A stretch of 58,833 bases of DNA from a virus (taxonomy: Duplodnaviria; Caudoviricetes), in IMG/VR virus record IMGVR_UViG_3300021373_001106, positions 1-58,833 of that record, one strand, 5' to 3'. The position numbers and the translations under genes were made by a program. The notes beneath the pieces were generated by a model. The model did not search any database. It saw nothing but the letters and a program-made list of their open reading frames with translations, and was not told where the DNA came from. Numbering within the stretch: the stretch's first letter is position 1; each line of letters starts with the position of its first letter. Shown one piece after another: positions 37,832-46,936 of this stretch.

Positions 37832-40057
37832 TTATTTCAGTAATTCGCTTATATTCCCCTTGTTAGCATATCTTGCAAAGTTAATGCTTATTTTTGACTC
37901 TTTTTTGACAGGAGTATACAAATGTTTTTGATTGGCCATTATAGCTAAACCAGAGCTAATTGAAGCATCGAATTTAGTTCTTTTATTTATGTCAAAACGA
38001 GCCCAGTCTTCTAGAGTTCTAGTAAAATACATTGACCCCATATCATCCATTGATCTAAACTGTTCTGATAAATCTAGACCAACATATTTTTCTACATAAG
38101 ACTCAATAGCAGATGCGTGAGATTGCTTAACATCTTCAGAAGTGTTGGGTATGCCACCTAGTTCTTTTTCTGTTTTAGACAACTTATTAAACTGTTTATC
38201 TGGTCTGTTCATACAAAACCCCCTATACCCTCTGTTTTTAAAATGATACAAAAGTCTTGGTTTGTTATTTTCACAAAGTATTGGCATACCATAAAACACA
38301 CAAGCCATCAAGACTTCTTCAAAAAATATCTCTGCGGTTTGTGGTCTAGCTACATACTCTAAAAAAAACTCATTACTTGGAGCGTCATCCATATTAAACT
38401 TAGTCATTCCGTGTAAAGCACCATTAGAACCTTTTCCTCCTACCGTTCCAGAAATATCATAACTATCACAACCAAATGAACCAATATGCTCATTACTAGG
38501 GTAATACTTTCCGTTTCTCAATTCTTTTCTATTCTGAAGTTCGTATTTAGGTATCCAACTAACTAAAAATCTCCCACTCTTATTTGGGCTCCATATTACT
38601 CTAGAATCTTTAATACCATTTTCCCAATGAAAACTACCTCTAGTTAAATACTTAGCTTTCATTAAGCCATCATTGTAGTCTATCTGTTGATATATCTTAG
38701 TTAAGTTAAATAACGACTGTTTGCTTTCATCTCTAAATGCGTGAGACTCAGTCCTAGGAAATTGTCTATAAAACTCATTTAATGCATCTGCATCATTTTT
38801 TAAAGAATCAACTTCATTTTCCCAATAGTCAACAGCTCCTGTAGTAATATACTCACCATCATTTCCTTGTATAGGTTTGTCAGGGGTTTTTAAAACAGGC
38901 ATACCAAACTTATCTATATATCCTTCAAAATTCCATTCCATAGGAATAAATAAAGAATACAATCCAGATTTAGTTTGACCATTAGCATTTCTGTTTTTTA
39001 CATCAGAATCATAGTATAGCTTTTTAAAATTAGCACCACCTTTATCTAGTGCATTAGAAGTTGAACCCATCATACACTTTCCAATAACTTTACTACCCAA
39101 CCTTAAACAAGTTTTTGTAACTCTCCAATTATTGAGTATGTTCTCAGGCTTTTCCCATTTACCACTTTCATCGTGTATTAATAATTGAAGCTTCTCTCCA
39201 TCATAAGAGTTGTCAGAAGTATTACGCCAATCTATCGTGGTGTCTAACCCTTCAAGTTCTTGATTATCAGATAGATACATATTACGCTTAGTAATTTTAC
39301 TAGCAGGAACACGATAAGATAATTCTGTCTTTGGCTTGTCCATACCATCTTGAATAGGTTTAAAAAAGAAAGGGTAATTATTAGATATAGGAACTATTTT
39401 ATCTGTAAACATTTTTTTGGCATCAGTTCCAGTTTTAGATAACACTCCTATTCTTGCGTCTTTAGATATAGTGGCAGTATTTACAGTTTCAGATGAGCCC
39501 ATAAATGAAAATCCAGAACGTCTTATTTTTAAGTAACACATTCCAAAACTTCTTTTATCTGCTTTACAAGCTTCCCAAAACAAAAAGAATATTCTATTAG
39601 CTTCCCTAAACTCAGGATGGCCTACATCAATTTTAGTCCATTGCAAATAACAATAATGAGTACCTGTAATATAGGTAGGATTGCCATTATTATTAAACCA
39701 AAAACCTTCTTCTCTTCTATCAAATTCCTGTTCAATATAACTCACCCAGGCATCTTTGAAGTCAGAAGACATTTCGTTCCATTGAAATATAGACTTTATT
39801 TTAGATAATGATTTTGGATATTCAAAAGGTTGCCAACATTTTTCTTCATTAGAGTAATACTTGACGGGTGTTTTAGGTAATCCAATTCTCAACCCTTGAA
39901 CTTCATATATATCACCTAGTGTTCCATCCTTAGAGATAACTACAATATCGTATTTTTCATTGTAGCCATATTCCCAGTTTTTGGCTTTATTTTTCTTAGC
40001 CATTGCTGTTCTTGGAACAACATCTTTTAAAACTTTATTTAGACCTTCTCTCTGCAA
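37832..40057 (-). CDS. terL: Terminase large subunit
   Basis: Walker A-like KIRRSGFS, Walker B IHDESGK, GST coupling motif, nuclease FGCDSYD, ENNK, KFDASI. Confidence 0.85.
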   Translation of the reverse strand: MQREGLNKVLKDVVPRTAMAKKNKAKNWEYGYNEKYDIVVISKDGTLGDIYEVQGLRIGLPKTPVKYYSNEEKCWQPFEYPKSLSKIKSIFQWNEMSSDFKDAWVSYIEQEFDRREEGFWFNNNGNPTYITGTHYCYLQWTKIDVGHPEFREANRIFFLFWEACKADKRSFGMCYLKIRRSGFSFMGSSETVNTATISKDARIGVLSKTGTDAKKMFTDKIVPISNNYPFFFKPIQDGMDKPKTELSYRVPASKITKRNMYLSDNQELEGLDTTIDWRNTSDNSYDGEKLQLLIHDESGKWEKPENILNNWRVTKTCLRLGSKVIGKCMMGSTSNALDKGGANFKKLYYDSDVKNRNANGQTKSGLYSLFIPMEWNFEGYIDKFGMPVLKTPDKPIQGNDGEYITTGAVDYWENEVDSLKNDADALNEFYRQFPRTESHAFRDESKQSLFNLTKIYQQIDYNDGLMKAKYLTRGSFHWENGIKDSRVIWSPNKSGRFLVSWIPKYELQNRKELRNGKYYPSNEHIGSFGCDSYDISGTVGGKGSNGALHGMTKFNMDDAPSNEFFLEYVARPQTAEIFFEEVLMACVFYGMPILCENNKPRLLYHFKNRGYRGFCMNRPDKQFNKLSKTEKELGGIPNTSEDVKQSHASAIESYVEKYVGLDLSEQFRSMDDMGSMYFTRTLEDWARFDINKRTKFDASISSGLAIMANQKHLYTPVKKESKISINFARYANKGNISELLK

Positions 40058-40301
40058 AACCTTGATTACTACTTGTTTTATTTACACTGTTCAAAGCTTC
40101 TTCTTCTGCATCAATACGATTAAGTATTTCAAACGCATCAAAAATTGCTAGTTTTTTTGTAGCTGCTGCATTTTTTAATCGGTCTGCTGCTAGCTCATCA
40201 TCTGGGTCAGGCTTAATAATTTTTTCTTGAGCTACTTTTATTAATTGTTCTACCGCTGCTCTACCAGCTTTTATTATTTTTAATTTAATTTCTTTACTCA
40301 T
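40035..40301 (-). CDS. Putative terminase small subunit
   Basis: Short helical protein overlapping the TerL start; called from position only. Confidence 0.5.
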   Translation of the reverse strand: MSKEIKLKIIKAGRAAVEQLIKVAQEKIIKPDPDDELAADRLKNAAATKKLAIFDAFEILNRIDAEEEALNSVNKTSSNQGFAERRSK

Positions 40302-40861
40302 AACGTCATTGTTATATTCTTAGATTTCATTCTATATAGAGTTTGATTATCTATTTTAAACTCATACTCAGACTCTGGCTTAAAACAAACTTTGTCTCCT
40401 TTTTTTACACCTAAAGAAGTTAACTCTGGATTAGTTATTTCAATAGTTCCTGTAAGGGCTTGATACTTATCACTATTAAATATAACAGATTCTTCTTTAG
40501 AAGATGGTTTAATAAAGCAATAATCCAAATGAGATTTCCATTTACCATCTTGCTTATACATAAAAAACTGATTAGGCTCTACTATAAATAGATTATCTTT
40601 TAAGAAGCTCCTGCCACTTTTTTCTCGACCTTTCATATCGTTGTAATACTTAAACACGTTGTGGTGTACTACTAATATGTCACCTACCTTTATTTCACCT
40701 TTGTAGTTAAGTGGTGTTGCCACTACATTAGCAAAACGATTTGAGACGGTATGGTCCTCTTTAGAGGAACTAGTAATAAAGTCTACGCCTCCTATTTTTT
40801 TTACATTATCGTACCTGGTGTCATTAACCGGAGTTACAATAAAACCAAAAGGTGACTTCAT
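40298..40861 (-). CDS. Tandem double GroES-like (Cpn20-like) protein
   Basis: Two GroES-like units: FIVTPV...ANVVATP...IKVGDIL and DYCFIKP...GTI...GVKKGDKVCF...FKIDNQTLYRMKSKNI. Confidence 0.65.
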   Translation of the reverse strand: MKSPFGFIVTPVNDTRYDNVKKIGGVDFITSSSKEDHTVSNRFANVVATPLNYKGEIKVGDILVVHHNVFKYYNDMKGREKSGRSFLKDNLFIVEPNQFFMYKQDGKWKSHLDYCFIKPSSKEESVIFNSDKYQALTGTIEITNPELTSLGVKKGDKVCFKPESEYEFKIDNQTLYRMKSKNITMTL

Positions 40862-40862
40862 A

Positions 40863-41081
40863 CTAAAAATTGATATTATATTCTATAGAAACTGGAACAG
40901 TGGCATTAAAACTTTTCCAAAGAACAATTTCATTTTCTCTAATAATCCAAATCTTAAAACAATCTTTTTCGTGTCTTATGTGGTGTATGGTATAATTACC
41001 TCCTAGAACATCTTGTCCAATAAGGTAGTGCATAGCCCCAGACTTATAGTCAGGGCCAACTGATATTTTTCTAATTTCCAT
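40863..41081 (-). CDS. Phage hypothetical protein
   Basis: IRKISVGPDYKSGAMHY...SIEYNINF. Confidence 0.7.
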   Translation of the reverse strand: MEIRKISVGPDYKSGAMHYLIGQDVLGGNYTIHHIRHEKDCFKIWIIRENEIVLWKSFNATVPVSIEYNINF

Positions 41082-41102
41082 TTCATTTAATTTTAGTAAG
41101 TT

Positions 41103-42467
41103 TTATGATGCGTAGAAATGTATTGATACTCTTTTTCTACTAACAGTAGTGTTTTCAATATCTGGAATACTAGTAGGAAAAGATGTAGTAAGAGAAGTTT
41201 CTTCCACGCTTACAAGATTAGAACCATAAGCGGTTGCAGCCAACATAGTGTTAGCTGTGCTAAATGCTAACATAAGATTTTGACCGGCAGTTAAGGAAAC
41301 TGGAGTATCATCTATTAAAATTTCGTTAATTCCATTAGCTACACCGGTTAATTTGGTAAAAGAAGCTAATCTAGTAAAAGAAGATGTTTGCATATCACCT
41401 GTTGTTGTAGAATATAAAGCTGCATATATCGGGCTTGTGCCTGTGTTTACAAAAACTTTTATATATGATAAAGTAAAATCTACGTCACACACTAACATTG
41501 TATAATATGTATAACTTGCAGCACTCAACTCATTGGCTTGGTAAATACTTAATGGAGAAAACCCTAAACTAACGCCACTTCCTCCTGTAGCAGCAGCCCA
41601 CGATGCTGTAGTTCCGTTAGATGTTAACACATATGTGTTAGCTCCTATACCTAAAGCAGAAGGAACGCCATTAGCATCACCCAACCAAATACTCCCTTGA
41701 GAAATGTTAGGTAAATCGTTTGACCTACCAATAGCTGTTATTTGTAAAGTTCCTTGAGCACTAGCATTTAAAACTATAGCTATATTTTGTATTAAGTTTG
41801 TTCCTTGAGGCTTGATAGATGTTAAACCTCCACCAGATGCTACGTATATAATGTCATTAACTAATGGATTAGGCCCTGAAGAAGGAATCGCATTTACATC
41901 TATTTGGTCTAAAACTCCAACCACCATCATAGAACCTGTAGCATTTATTTCCACATTGGATTGAGCTAAACCAACACAAGGCATTTTAGCAGGATCTGAA
42001 GCGTCTGCTTTTCCAACTACTGCTGTAGAAGTACCATTATTCCAGGATACTATATATAAAGGGTCTCCTTTTGATATTGCCTCGTTTGCTTCTATTGTTT
42101 CAATAACTTTTGGATCTACAAACTCTAAAGCTGTCGCACTATCGTTCACAGCCATAACCTTGCTTCTACTGCCTAAAGCACTTAATCCTGTTCCACCGTT
42201 GGTTACGGCTAAAGTACCACCTAATGTAAATGTGCCTGTTGTAGTAATTGGATTAGTAGTATCGCTAGTTATAGTAAGACCCGTTGCACCCCCATCCAAA
42301 CCAATACTAGTAACTGTACCTGAACCTGAACCACCATAAAGATTTGCTATACTTTGTAAAGTAAAGGTCTTAGTTTCTTTAGATGATGCATCTGTACCTA
42401 TTACATAATCTGTACCTGCAGGAGCTGCTTTGGTGGGGTAGGTGGTAGTGTTACTTATTTTCGCCAT
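41103..42467 (-). CDS. Tail fibre/virion appendage protein
   Basis: G/T-rich fibre motifs: GTVTSIG, LAVTNGGTG, VLTSNGTTASW. Confidence 0.7.
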   Translation of the reverse strand: MAKISNTTTYPTKAAPAGTDYVIGTDASSKETKTFTLQSIANLYGGSGSGTVTSIGLDGGATGLTITSDTTNPITTTGTFTLGGTLAVTNGGTGLSALGSRSKVMAVNDSATALEFVDPKVIETIEANEAISKGDPLYIVSWNNGTSTAVVGKADASDPAKMPCVGLAQSNVEINATGSMMVVGVLDQIDVNAIPSSGPNPLVNDIIYVASGGGLTSIKPQGTNLIQNIAIVLNASAQGTLQITAIGRSNDLPNISQGSIWLGDANGVPSALGIGANTYVLTSNGTTASWAAATGGSGVSLGFSPLSIYQANELSAASYTYYTMLVCDVDFTLSYIKVFVNTGTSPIYAALYSTTTGDMQTSSFTRLASFTKLTGVANGINEILIDDTPVSLTAGQNLMLAFSTANTMLAATAYGSNLVSVEETSLTTSFPTSIPDIENTTVSRKRVSIHFYAS

Positions 42468-42684
42468 TTTGTGTTATTGTTCCGTGTTCTAAATTAATTA
42501 CAGAGTTTTCTCCGTACTTCTTTATTAATTCGTTTTCAAGTGATTCAAATTCAACTCTTATTAAATCTACTCTTTTAAGAACTGAATTTTTCTGTATTGA
42601 CAGCTCTCCTAATTGTACTTTAAGTGATTGAAACTCTGAGTTTAAATCTCTTAAAGATTTTAATTCTTTTTCTTCTAATTTCAT
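42451..42684 (-). CDS. Coiled-coil hypothetical protein (start 42684 more likely than track 42753)
   Basis: MKLEEKELKSLRDL...KKYG; -7 box at 42704-42711. Confidence 0.6.
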   Translation of the reverse strand: MKLEEKELKSLRDLNSEFQSLKVQLGELSIQKNSVLKRVDLIRVEFESLENELIKKYGENSVINLEHGTITQNGENK

Positions 42685-42712
42685 TTGATTTAATTTATAT
42701 CTACAAAGATAA

Positions 42713-43162
42713 TCATTTTCTTCGTGATGCTGAAGCACCATAAAAATAACCAATTATACTCAAAACAATTCCCTCTGTTACCCCGATTAAATGAATCCAA
42801 ATCTCTTTATTATGGGATGGTATCTCTAAATAAACAATGGCATAAACCAAGAAGGCAAAACAAGAAAGGCCAACCAAACCTGTTAAATTAAACATAAAAT
42901 CAAATCGATTTGCTTTAGCTAATTCAACTTCTCTGTTTCTGGCTGAATCTCTATCGTCTACCTCTAACTTATAAAGCTCTACCACTTGCTGATGTAATGC
43001 AGCTTTTTCTTCTGGAGTTAAATCAGGATCTTGACTGATTACATTTTTAATTATTCCAAGTGTTCCACTAGAAGGAAGGATATCTCCAATGGCATCTAAT
43101 ACTTTAGGAGCTTTTTCCTTTAATAACGCACCTATTTTAGTATCTTTTAATTTCTTTTTCAT
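42713..43162 (-). CDS. Holin-like membrane protein (start 43162 more likely than track 43180)
   Basis: DRDSARNRE, two hydrophobic segments, YFYGASA; near the endolysin. Confidence 0.7.
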   Translation of the reverse strand: MKKKLKDTKIGALLKEKAPKVLDAIGDILPSSGTLGIIKNVISQDPDLTPEEKAALHQQVVELYKLEVDDRDSARNREVELAKANRFDFMFNLTGLVGLSCFAFLVYAIVYLEIPSHNKEIWIHLIGVTEGIVLSIIGYFYGASASRRK

Positions 43163-43272
43163 CCTGAACAACTTTCGCAATTCTCATCATCAATACTACA
43201 AGTTCTTTCTGGTACTGTTTGTTTTTCCAGTTTCTCTAACATTTTTTCAAACTCTGACTTTTTTTCTATCAT
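43159..43272 (-). CDS. 37-aa peptide with C-terminal CSIDDENCESCSG (not in ORF track)
   Basis: ATGA-coupled to both neighbours: MIEKKSEFEKMLEKLEKQTVPERTCSIDDENCESCSG. Confidence 0.65.
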   Translation of the reverse strand: MIEKKSEFEKMLEKLEKQTVPERTCSIDDENCESCSG

Positions 43273-43457
43273 TTGTGTAAAAATAAACCTTCTATAAATG
43301 TTCCTATTCCTGTTACAATCATTGCTATTGAAGTCCAAAACTTTTTTTCTAAGCTACGGATTCTTTTTTCGTGATCGTTCTTTTGCTTGCTAATTTCCTG
43401 CAATTGATTCTGCATTACAGCCTGACCCTGTAAAAGCTGGTTTATTTTATCTTCCAT
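43269..43457 (-). CDS. Small coiled-coil protein with C-terminal TM (lysis accessory-like)
   Basis: HEKRIRSLEK followed by a hydrophobic helix. Confidence 0.6.
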   Translation of the reverse strand: MEDKINQLLQGQAVMQNQLQEISKQKNDHEKRIRSLEKKFWTSIAMIVTGIGTFIEGLFLHK

Positions 43458-43944
43458 AGATTTTATACTTAGTCTTATTGTTGTCGTCTTTATATGCCAC
43501 TAATATTCTGTTTCTTTGAGTTTGAGTTGTGCTGTAACTAACGTGTACCCAAGAAGGGTTTTCATCTGTTCCAAACTCCCAAATTAATTGGTCAAAATTC
43601 AAGTTGTCTTTAATGAAGTGAAATACTTCTGCGTTGTTGGGAGCATTAGCATAATCCCTGTCTAAATCAATAGCTTCTCCTTTGCAATGTTGTGAAGTGG
43701 CTACATACTTACCGTCTATATACTTGTGAGCGCCCCCTATGGCTTTGTTAAGAGCTTCTGACCTATACCCACTACTAATACCAAAAGGTACGTTAAAATG
43801 CTCTCTAATCGGCTGAAATATATTCTCAGCTAATACTTTCATATTCTCAATATGTTCTTCTGTAGGTAGGTTTTCTATACCTTTTCTTTCAGCAGTTCCG
43901 CTTTTCAGCATTTCAGAAAGAGATAAGTTTTTAGATAGTTTCAT
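43447..43944 (-). CDS. Endolysin, peptidase M15A family
   Basis: SSGYRS, SQHCKGEAID, FDQLIWE, WVHVSY. Confidence 0.9.
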   Translation of the reverse strand: MKLSKNLSLSEMLKSGTAERKGIENLPTEEHIENMKVLAENIFQPIREHFNVPFGISSGYRSEALNKAIGGAHKYIDGKYVATSQHCKGEAIDLDRDYANAPNNAEVFHFIKDNLNFDQLIWEFGTDENPSWVHVSYSTTQTQRNRILVAYKDDNNKTKYKIYGR

Positions 43945-44189
43945 TTTTTAATTCTGTTTTTAGCCGTTAACAATATTCTTTCTTCCATTTTAGCCACCTT
44001 TACTTTTAGGTTGAGGTTTTCTTGAATAAGTTCATCTATCTTTAGTTCTAGGCTGGTAATTTTTTCCGTAAGTCTTTCTATTTGATCATCTTCTTTTTTA
44101 GCGTTGATGTCAATCTTCTTCTTAATTATATTCCATATCTCCTTGACTCCAAGTGCTGAAATCAAAGCTATTAAGAGAGGTTCTTCCAT
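43941..44189 (-). CDS. N-terminal TM plus coiled-coil protein (start 44189 more likely than track 44246)
   Basis: MEEPLLIALISALGVKEIW followed by heptads; lysis region. Confidence 0.6.
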   Translation of the reverse strand: MEEPLLIALISALGVKEIWNIIKKKIDINAKKEDDQIERLTEKITSLELKIDELIQENLNLKVKVAKMEERILLTAKNRIKK

Positions 44190-44190
44190 A

Positions 44191-44298
44191 TTACTTGCCT
44201 TGACCACGATATTTTGGTTTATATCCCGTCTGCCCTTTGGACGCATTCTTAGAATGTACCCCAGGTCTCTTTGTGGTTATTTTTCTTCTATACTTCAC
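44191..44298 (-). CDS. 35-aa basic peptide (not in ORF track)
   Basis: GTG start overlaps the upstream TGA; MKYRRKITTKRPGVHSKNASKGQTGYKPKYRGQGK. Confidence 0.6.
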   Translation of the reverse strand: MKYRRKITTKRPGVHSKNASKGQTGYKPKYRGQGK

Positions 44299-44540
44299 TC
44301 TCCAGGTTCAGCAGGTGTCCACTCTGGGGTAGCTAATAAAACTAGTATCTCTTCGTGAGTGTAGGTCCCTACTGGAACTAATGACCCATTAGTGATAAAA
44401 GAAGGTTCTACCTGGAATGATAAAACGCCTTCAGTATTTGCTACATTTCTACGCATTGTTTGAGCAGAAGATTGGTTCACCTGACTAAATAAAACTGAGT
44501 TCGTGTCAGATAGGTTGATTACTACATAAGTTGTTGCCAT
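44295..44540 (-). CDS. Small protein following the LamG genes (possible fibre assembly factor)
   Basis: 81 aa, YTHEEIL...PEW motif; own -7 box at 44555-44562. Confidence 0.65.
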   Translation of the reverse strand: MATTYVVINLSDTNSVLFSQVNQSSAQTMRRNVANTEGVLSFQVEPSFITNGSLVPVGTYTHEEILVLLATPEWTPAEPGE

Positions 44541-44569
44541 TTTTTGATTTTTTACAAAGTTAATATTTT

Positions 44570-46924
44570 TTACGGAGTGTTAAGACCTGAAACTGTTATT
44601 GTAGCATTGCCATTTCCACCTGATACCGTGAGAACATCTCCTATTAGATAATTATTACCACCACTATTTATAGTTATTGCAGTTATAGCTCCTCCAGAAA
44701 CAGTAGTTATATTAATTGTACAATTTGTACCACTACCACCCGTTGTTGCAATATTAGTTCCAGTAGAATACCCAGTTCCTCCAGTTGTTATTGTAGCGTC
44801 ACTAACTCCAGAAACTCTTGATGTAATTACCATATTAGTTGATAAAGCATTTGCTGTACTGTATGGTGCATCGCCTACTAAACTACCTTCAGACATTCCG
44901 CTTGATACTCCATTAGCTGTTGTACCTACACCGTTTGTTAAGGCGCCTACTGGCATACCTGTACTAGTTCCATTGTTACTACCTTTTTCATCTAAAACAG
45001 TCCAGTTAGTATTAAAAGAACTATTACTTCCTAACTGCCACCAGCTTACTAAGTTTGAATATGCACTATGGTTATTTAGGTTAGATGGTACTCCTTCGTT
45101 ATAAATTTCTGTTACTTGTGCAGATGTTAAAGCTGTATTCCAGATTGAACAGTTTGAAATAGAGCCATCAAAATAATTACTATTATAACTTTGTGCAATT
45201 GTAGTATTCACATAAGATATTGTACCCATTGTCGTAGGAATGCTTGAACTATCAGCATTTCCATTAAGGTATATAATAACAGTATTTGAACTATATACAA
45301 TTGCTACGTGATACCAAACACCAGTGCTTAAAGTAGTGTTTCCGAGAACATCATAAGCTCCTGAAGTGTCTGCGTATGTGTTAGTTGATATTTTAGAATT
45401 TTTAAAACCAATCATTCTGTCTCCATTAATTGTAGTTCCGCTTCCTAATCTAAAAATATATTCATAGTTTGTAAATGAATTTGCTTTAAACCACATTGAC
45501 ATAGTCAAATCACCACTAATATTTAAATTAGTTGCTCCAGAAATAGTTATATAATCATTAGTACCATCAAAATCTAAAGCATAAGGAGAGTAACCACTTG
45601 TAAAACTTAAATCACTTTGTACTAAATTGGCTTGTGTCATTCCTGAGCTTGTGCCATCGTTAGAACCAGCGTGGTCTTGAATCGTCCAATTTCCTGTTGA
45701 AGAATCATAAGTGTCAGAAGCATTTAATTTCCACCAATGGTCAGGAGCTGTAGAAAGTCCTGAAGTCGATGTAATTGGAGAACCATTATTATATAATACA
45801 TCTACGTTAGTTTGGTCAATTTCATAATTTGTGAAATACATCATATTTGATATTTCAGGATACCTGTCTAAATTTAATTGTAACCCACTTGTAAATGAAT
45901 TAGCTGAGCCAGTTGTATGAGCATTGCTCTGATTTATTGAAGTTCCATTCACCCAAAGTTTAGAATTAGTTATATTAGAAGTATCCATAAAAACCACGTA
46001 ATGTTTCCATACACCAATCTCAACCGTTGGAACATCAAAATATTGAAAATAATTGCTTGCTAAATAAACTATTGGTCTATTAGAAAAACTTGTAAATTCT
46101 CCAATTGCTGTTCCACCGTGGTTAAACTTAATAATTCCCGAATTACTACGTTTTTGCCAAAAAGAAATTGTAAACTTACCTCCAGTATTTGATTGGTTAA
46201 TATTTGAATTTATTAATTTTGTGCCACCTGGAAGACCATCAAAAACATAATCTTTCAAAGAACTATTAGGCACTAAATAATTTGCTCCATTAAAAGCATC
46301 TTGGTCTCCTAAAGGATAGTAAGCAACTGGCTTTGGAGATAAACTCATTGGATTACCTATACCAGTAGAGCTTGAACCATAAAGAGTTGTTACTTGGCTT
46401 GAAGAAAGAGCGTAGTTGAAAAATGATAATCCATCAAATTGTCCACTTTTAAAAGGTGCACCAGTAGCATAAGTTGCTAAATAAACATTTGATGTACTGC
46501 TTGCTAAAGAACCAGAAGTTGTTACAGTAGAACCAACCTGATTACCATCTTCAAAAACTTTAAATTCATTTGCTGTACTATCAAATGTCATTACGCAATG
46601 ATGCCAATTATTATCAAGTATTGCGCCACCATTAATAGTATTTAAAGAAGATGTTTGTATTCTATATCTTAAATTTGAAGCTGTGCCAGATTGAAATATA
46701 TAAAATGAAAAACCACTTCTCATTAATACATAGGCATTACTTGAATCAATACCTGATTTAATCCAAAATGAAATACTTAAACTTCCTCCTCCAAAATCTG
46801 GCAATCCTGTAAAATCTATATAATCTGAACTGGCAGCATCAAAGTTCATAGAATAGTTACTCTGTTTACTCTGATTAGCATTTCTTGGCATTCGCCAGCC
46901 TGGACTTAAAAACTTTGTACTCAT
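44570..46924 (-). CDS. LamG/concanavalin-A-like repeat virion appendage protein (3 modules)
   Basis: Repeated YSMNFD..DYI / SISFW / WHH / WWKL modules. Confidence 0.8.
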   Translation of the reverse strand: MSTKFLSPGWRMPRNANQSKQSNYSMNFDAASSDYIDFTGLPDFGGGSLSISFWIKSGIDSSNAYVLMRSGFSFYIFQSGTASNLRYRIQTSSLNTINGGAILDNNWHHCVMTFDSTANEFKVFEDGNQVGSTVTTSGSLASSTSNVYLATYATGAPFKSGQFDGLSFFNYALSSSQVTTLYGSSSTGIGNPMSLSPKPVAYYPLGDQDAFNGANYLVPNSSLKDYVFDGLPGGTKLINSNINQSNTGGKFTISFWQKRSNSGIIKFNHGGTAIGEFTSFSNRPIVYLASNYFQYFDVPTVEIGVWKHYVVFMDTSNITNSKLWVNGTSINQSNAHTTGSANSFTSGLQLNLDRYPEISNMMYFTNYEIDQTNVDVLYNNGSPITSTSGLSTAPDHWWKLNASDTYDSSTGNWTIQDHAGSNDGTSSGMTQANLVQSDLSFTSGYSPYALDFDGTNDYITISGATNLNISGDLTMSMWFKANSFTNYEYIFRLGSGTTINGDRMIGFKNSKISTNTYADTSGAYDVLGNTTLSTGVWYHVAIVYSSNTVIIYLNGNADSSSIPTTMGTISYVNTTIAQSYNSNYFDGSISNCSIWNTALTSAQVTEIYNEGVPSNLNNHSAYSNLVSWWQLGSNSSFNTNWTVLDEKGSNNGTSTGMPVGALTNGVGTTANGVSSGMSEGSLVGDAPYSTANALSTNMVITSRVSGVSDATITTGGTGYSTGTNIATTGGSGTNCTINITTVSGGAITAITINSGGNNYLIGDVLTVSGGNGNATITVSGLNTP

Positions 46925-46936
46925 ATTTTTATTTTA

